This document shows, piece after piece, positions 60,030 through 64,000 of a DNA stretch of 64,000 nucleotides. Numbering within the stretch: the stretch's first letter is position 1; each line of letters starts with the position of its first letter. Source of the stretch: Deltaproteobacteria bacterium. GTDB lineage: Bacteria > SAR324 > NAC60-12. The notes under the pieces were generated by a model. It ran no database searches. It had not been told where the DNA came from and worked only from the letters and a program-made list of their open reading frames with translations. The stretch covers positions 1-64,000 of the forward strand of contig JAYOTF010000003.1 in assembly GCA_038150265.1 (NCBI GenBank), in the 5' to 3' direction. Made by a program: the position numbers and the translations under genes.

Positions 60030-60864
60030 CGTAGTAGTCCCTCAGTGGCAGGTCCGGACGCTGAAGCCAGTTCCAGTCCGGATACTCGGCATCGCCTTCA
60101 ATCACATGCAGGGTGTAGGCGTGCCGGGTGCGGGGAGACCGGTTGGCGTAGCTCAGGTGCGGCAATCGTCCGTGCAGCACCACCAGGGTGCCTTGCTCCA
60201 CCTCCAGCGGCACCAGCTGGTCCAGGTTCCAGGGGCTGGCATCCAGCACCTCCATGGACATGCCGCCCGCGGCGGCTCGCTTAAACAGCGACTTCAGGGG
60301 CGTTTGGTGTCCGCCCGGAATCGCCCACAGGCATCCGTTTTCCTGATCCGCTCGTTCCAGGGCAAACCAGAACCCGGTGACGCTGAGCGGGTCGGTGTAC
60401 AGAAAGGTCCCGTCCTGATGGCACGTCACCTCTCCGCCAATGAAGGGCTGCTTGAAGATGTACATCGATTGCAGCAGCTGCGGCCGCTTCAGTCCCAGCG
60501 CCTGCATCAGCTTCGCCAGCGGCTTCGTGTAGGAAAAACGCTCAAACTCCGGATCCAGGTCGTGCTGGGCGTGGCCGATTTTGTTGAGCGAGTGCTGCTT
60601 GTCCTGACGGAGGTGCTGCTGTTCGTCAAAGGCTTCTTCCTCAAAAAAGAAGCGGATCTGGTCGCCGGAACTGAGGAAGTAGTCATCCGCCCGGCGTGTC
60701 TGTTCGTTGGTGGTGAACAGGCTCCGGTGAGTGGTGGCGTCAAAGGCCTCAACGAGGGCTTCGGTGTGCGTCCGGAGGCGTTCACAGGCCTCCGGCGTCA
60801 CAAAGTTCGGCAGGACCAGGTAGCCTTGTTCGGCAAAGCGGGAAGCAGCATCTTGAGGAATCAT
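60007..60864 (-). CDS. Phytanoyl-CoA dioxygenase (PhyH/PHYHD1-like) Fe(II)/2-oxoglutarate oxygenase
   Basis: NKIGHAQHD, QSMYIFKQPFIGGEVTCHQD, ENGCLW, HGRLPHLSYANRS. Start ATG 60864. Confidence 0.9.
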   Translation of the reverse strand: MIPQDAASRFAEQGYLVLPNFVTPEACERLRTHTEALVEAFDATTHRSLFTTNEQTRRADDYFLSSGDQIRFFFEEEAFDEQQHLRQDKQHSLNKIGHAQHDLDPEFERFSYTKPLAKLMQALGLKRPQLLQSMYIFKQPFIGGEVTCHQDGTFLYTDPLSVTGFWFALERADQENGCLWAIPGGHQTPLKSLFKRAAAGGMSMEVLDASPWNLDQLVPLEVEQGTLVVLHGRLPHLSYANRSPRTRHAYTLHVIEGDAEYPDWNWLQRPDLPLRDYYATASASD

Positions 60865-61054
60865 GAAATCAGGCAACTTGAGTTCGGTGCGGGAGCCTTC
60901 GGGTCCCCTTACGAGTGTTTGCGGGTTTTCCGAGAATGTGGCAAGGTAAGGCCGCCATTTAATCGCAGTTGACGTCAGGACGCAAGGCTTCCGCCAACTG
61001 CTTTCTGTTCCACAACGGTTCTCCTGCCGAGCCGTTGGTACCATTCCGGACCGC

Positions 61055-61477
61055 ATGCTGGAAGAACGCACCCTGAGTGTCATTCATTACGAGTCTCAGA
61101 CGCAGCAGCACCCTGCTGAAATTCCCTGGAGAACGCAGCGGACGCGGCGTCCGGGAGAAGCCTTTCGGCTGGAGAGCACAGACGACCCCGTCTCGGATGC
61201 CATGGCCCGCAACGACTACTGTCCGATTGAGCTGGCGGCCTTTCACAGCCCCAACGAGGGCATGCTTTCCTTACGGGTGTTTGCCAGCGCCGTGGGTCGG
61301 ACGCCCCACAGCTACCTGGCCCTCCTGCGCCTGGGGGGGCAGCAACACATCTACTACTTCACCGGGCCGGTGGCGCTCATGGAGTTCATGCGCTACACCA
61401 TGGCAGGCATCAAGGCCATTGAGCCGCTGACGGATCCGGAGCAGTGGCCCCCCTGGTCCATTCCTTCACAGCTGTAA
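61055..61477 (+). CDS. Hypothetical protein (140 aa)
   Basis: Ends 9 bp before the MinD-like gene; protein-like C-terminal half; start uncertain. Confidence 0.5.
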   Translation: MLEERTLSVIHYESQTQQHPAEIPWRTQRTRRPGEAFRLESTDDPVSDAMARNDYCPIELAAFHSPNEGMLSLRVFASAVGRTPHSYLALLRLGGQQHIYYFTGPVALMEFMRYTMAGIKAIEPLTDPEQWPPWSIPSQL

Positions 61478-61486
61478 GACACGACC

Positions 61487-62479
61487 ATGACTGCAGAACG
61501 CATCCCCACGTTCATTCCGGTGGCCAGTGGCAAGGGAGGAGTTGGGAAGACCTTCCTGGCCGCCAACCTTGCAGCGGCGCTTGCCGAACTCGGCAAACAG
61601 GTCATTGCGGTCGATCTGGATCTCGGCGGTTCGAACCTCCACACCTACCTCGGCCTCGGCAACACCCACCCCGGCATTGGAGACTACCTCAACAGCGGAG
61701 GCAACCTCCAGGACCTGCTGGTCCCAACCGCGTGGGAAACCCTCCAGTTTCTGCCCGGAGACGGCCGGACCCCGTTCCTGGCCAACCTGCCGCACGCCCA
61801 GAAGCAGAAGCTCCTCCTCAACCTCTCTCGGCTGCAGGCCGATTTCGTCTTCCTCGACCTCGGAGCCGGAAGCAGCTACAACACGCTGGATTACTTTGGA
61901 TTGACCCCACAGGGGATGGTGGTCACCACTCCGGAGTACCCGGCTGTGATGAACATGATGACGTTTCTGAAGAACTTTACCTTCCGGACCATTGAGCGCG
62001 CCCTTCCGCCCAAATCGTACGTTCGGACCCAGGTCCAGCAGTGCCTCGCCAACCAGCAACCAGACGCCAACCTCACCGTCAGCCGCCTGATGGAAGTCAT
62101 TGCAGAAGCGGCTCCCGGCCTCCATGAGACGGTTCAGGCCCGCTGGGCCACCTTCCGGCCCCGGATCATCTTCAACCAGGGCACCGGTCCGGAAGACCTG
62201 GAGGCCCTGGAGCAGATCCAGAGTAGCCTGGAACAGACCCTGCGGCTCAAGGTCGATTTCTTTGGATTTGTGTTCTACGATCCCCTGGCCAAGGAGCTGA
62301 GCCGCAAGCGCGCCTCGTTGCTGCAGCATGCCCGAGACACAGAGATGGGGGCGGACATCCTTCGCCTGGCCGACCGCATTGTGCGGCTCTGGCCTCAGCC
62401 GATCCGCAACAGCGCGCCGCTCCTTCGGAACAACACCGAGGCCACGCTGGCCCAGCGCGAAGGACGAGGAGACGTTTAA
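61487..62479 (+). CDS. MinD/FlhG/ParA-family ATPase
   Basis: Deviant Walker A SGKGGVGKT, DLDLGGSNL, LDLGAG, VTTPE. Confidence 0.88.
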   Translation: MTAERIPTFIPVASGKGGVGKTFLAANLAAALAELGKQVIAVDLDLGGSNLHTYLGLGNTHPGIGDYLNSGGNLQDLLVPTAWETLQFLPGDGRTPFLANLPHAQKQKLLLNLSRLQADFVFLDLGAGSSYNTLDYFGLTPQGMVVTTPEYPAVMNMMTFLKNFTFRTIERALPPKSYVRTQVQQCLANQQPDANLTVSRLMEVIAEAAPGLHETVQARWATFRPRIIFNQGTGPEDLEALEQIQSSLEQTLRLKVDFFGFVFYDPLAKELSRKRASLLQHARDTEMGADILRLADRIVRLWPQPIRNSAPLLRNNTEATLAQREGRGDV

Positions 62480-62486
62480 GGCGGGG

Positions 62487-62714
62487 TTACTGCGCCGACA
62501 GCAGGGAAGCCGAAGGCAAGGGGGCGAGCTTCTGCAGCCGCACTGGCTCCACGGTCCACTGCGCCGATTTCTGAGTCCACTCCGACTGATGGTACACGGC
62601 CTCCACAGTCAGCATCTCGCCGTTGTCCTCCAGCACCACTTCCTCCATGTCTTCCTCTTCCGGGGCCAGCGGCACCAACTCATCGAGCAATTTCCGAAAC
62701 TCATGATCTGTCAT
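62487..62714 (-). CDS. Small acidic hypothetical protein
   Basis: MTDHEFRKLLDELVPLAPEEEDMEEVVLED; GGGAG upstream; convergent with the MinD-like gene. Confidence 0.45.
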   Translation of the reverse strand: MTDHEFRKLLDELVPLAPEEEDMEEVVLEDNGEMLTVEAVYHQSEWTQKSAQWTVEPVRLQKLAPLPSASLLSAQ

Positions 62715-62919
62715 TTTCTGAACTCCCTGCATCCGTTGGGGTGAATCCGGACCTGCGCCTTCCTGTCGCCAAGCCGGTGGGGTTTCATCAGGAAGTTGCA
62801 GCGCCTATGCCACCTTCCCGGCGTTTTTCGCGGGAAGCACTTGCAACTGCCCAGACCCCTCGCGCAGGATGTTGCGGTTTTGTGCCCGGCTCTTACCTCC
62901 TTTTTTCTGAAACCTACCG

Positions 62920-63942
62920 ATGACCGCTGAAGCCATTACTTACGATGACGTCCTCCTGGTTCCCTCATACAACCACTGGGAATCCCGCCGCATTGTGGAC
63001 ACCACCATGACTGACCGGAGCGGCAAGCTCACCCTCTCCCTGCCTGTCATGACGGCCAACATGGACACGGTCACCGAGGCCGCCATGGCCAACTTCATCG
63101 GCAGCCGCGGCGGCATCGGCGTCCTGCACCGGTTCATGTCCATTGACGACAACGTCCGGATCTTCAAGGCGTGTGAGTTTCCGGCGTTTGTTTCCATCGG
63201 CTGCGGCACCGCTGATCTCGAGCGTGCCGAGGCGCTGCACCAGGCAGGAGCCGACAAGTTCTGCATCGACGTCGCTCACGCTCACGCCAAGTACGTTGGC
63301 CGGACCCTGAAGGAAGCCCGGGACCTGTTGGGCAAGGATGCCTGCATCATGGTCGGAAACGTCGCCACCTACGCGGGGGCCGACTACCTCGCGTCGTGCG
63401 GGGCCGACGTCATCAAGGTGGGCATTGGTGGCGGGTCCGTTTGCACCACGCGCATCAAAACCGGCTTCGGCGTCCCCAACCTGACGGCCATCCGCGAATG
63501 CGCCCGGGTCGACCGCTCCATCGTGGCCGACGGCGGCATCCGGACGCCTGGAGACATCGTCAAGGCGCTCGCGTTTGGGGCAGACTTTGTGATGGTGGGC
63601 TCCATGCTCGCAGGAACGCGTCCCACGCCAGGGGAAGTCTTTGAGGAAGCGCAGGCAGACGGAAGCACCCGGCGCTTCAAGCGCTACCGGGGCATGGCCA
63701 GCCGCGAGGTGGCAGATGACTACCATGGCGGCTTGACCGAGTGGAAAACGGCGGAAGGGGTGGCCACCGAAGTCGGCTACCGTGAAGATGAGGAACACAT
63801 CGTTGCCGACATCATCGGCGGGCTCCGTTCCGGACTGACCTACGGCGGAGCCGCAACCATTCAGGAACTGCAGCGCAAGCTCGACTACGTCCGGGTCACG
63901 CCCGCCGGCCGCACCGAGAGCCTGCCACACCGCGTCCTCTGA
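62920..63942 (+). CDS. IMP dehydrogenase / GMP reductase family protein without CBS domains
   Basis: [70 protein letters not shown]; 340 aa. Confidence 0.9.
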   Translation: MTAEAITYDDVLLVPSYNHWESRRIVDTTMTDRSGKLTLSLPVMTANMDTVTEAAMANFIGSRGGIGVLHRFMSIDDNVRIFKACEFPAFVSIGCGTADLERAEALHQAGADKFCIDVAHAHAKYVGRTLKEARDLLGKDACIMVGNVATYAGADYLASCGADVIKVGIGGGSVCTTRIKTGFGVPNLTAIRECARVDRSIVADGGIRTPGDIVKALAFGADFVMVGSMLAGTRPTPGEVFEEAQADGSTRRFKRYRGMASREVADDYHGGLTEWKTAEGVATEVGYREDEEHIVADIIGGLRSGLTYGGAATIQELQRKLDYVRVTPAGRTESLPHRVL

Positions 63943-64000
63943 TCAGGCGGCGCGCTGGGCAACGGTGAGCTGACTCAGTAGGGCAGCCCCACGTAGTTTT

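Noticed and set aside
63975..64000. Possible 3' end of a minus-strand gene (...NYVGLPY-stop), reminiscent of an adenylosuccinate lyase C-terminus
   Set aside because: Only eight codons are visible; not enough to call.

Overview
GC-rich (roughly 60-63% by eye), gene-dense bacterial chromosome segment of mostly housekeeping and metabolic genes. I found no rRNA, tRNA, CRISPR array, integrase or transposase. The split atpF'FHAGDC operon and a stand-alone spirochete/delta-type EF-G suggest a deltaproteobacterial-like lineage such as SAR324 (inference only). Contents from left to right: divergent iscS/mnmG; a short-chain fatty acid to PHA cluster (DUF4212-actP, acs, phaA, an atypical SDR in the phaB position, phaC, a BLUF photoreceptor, prpE); a divergent signalling operon (small membrane protein, SLC5-fused histidine kinase, stand-alone receiver, and a membrane-PAS-pseudokinase-DEDDh exonuclease); cysS-msbA-like-degP-pspC-like-hemD-serB-glmU-like; ATP synthase; ispF-fusA; a TAXI-TRAP operon with dctB/dctD-like genes, a sigma54 promoter and tandem enhancer; then degT-like, aat, sodB, ligA, a K+ channel, argJ, phyH-like, minD-like and an IMPDH/GMPR gene. 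The two main observations are (1) the palindrome TCCGGA occurs at least ~185 times by hand count, about one per 350 bp against roughly 20 expected, in all reading frames and in intergenic DNA, resembling a HIP1-type highly iterated palindrome; and (2) an acetate-locus sensory cascade whose only apparent output is a nuclease carrying a His-less copy of the neighbouring kinase's DHp domain.
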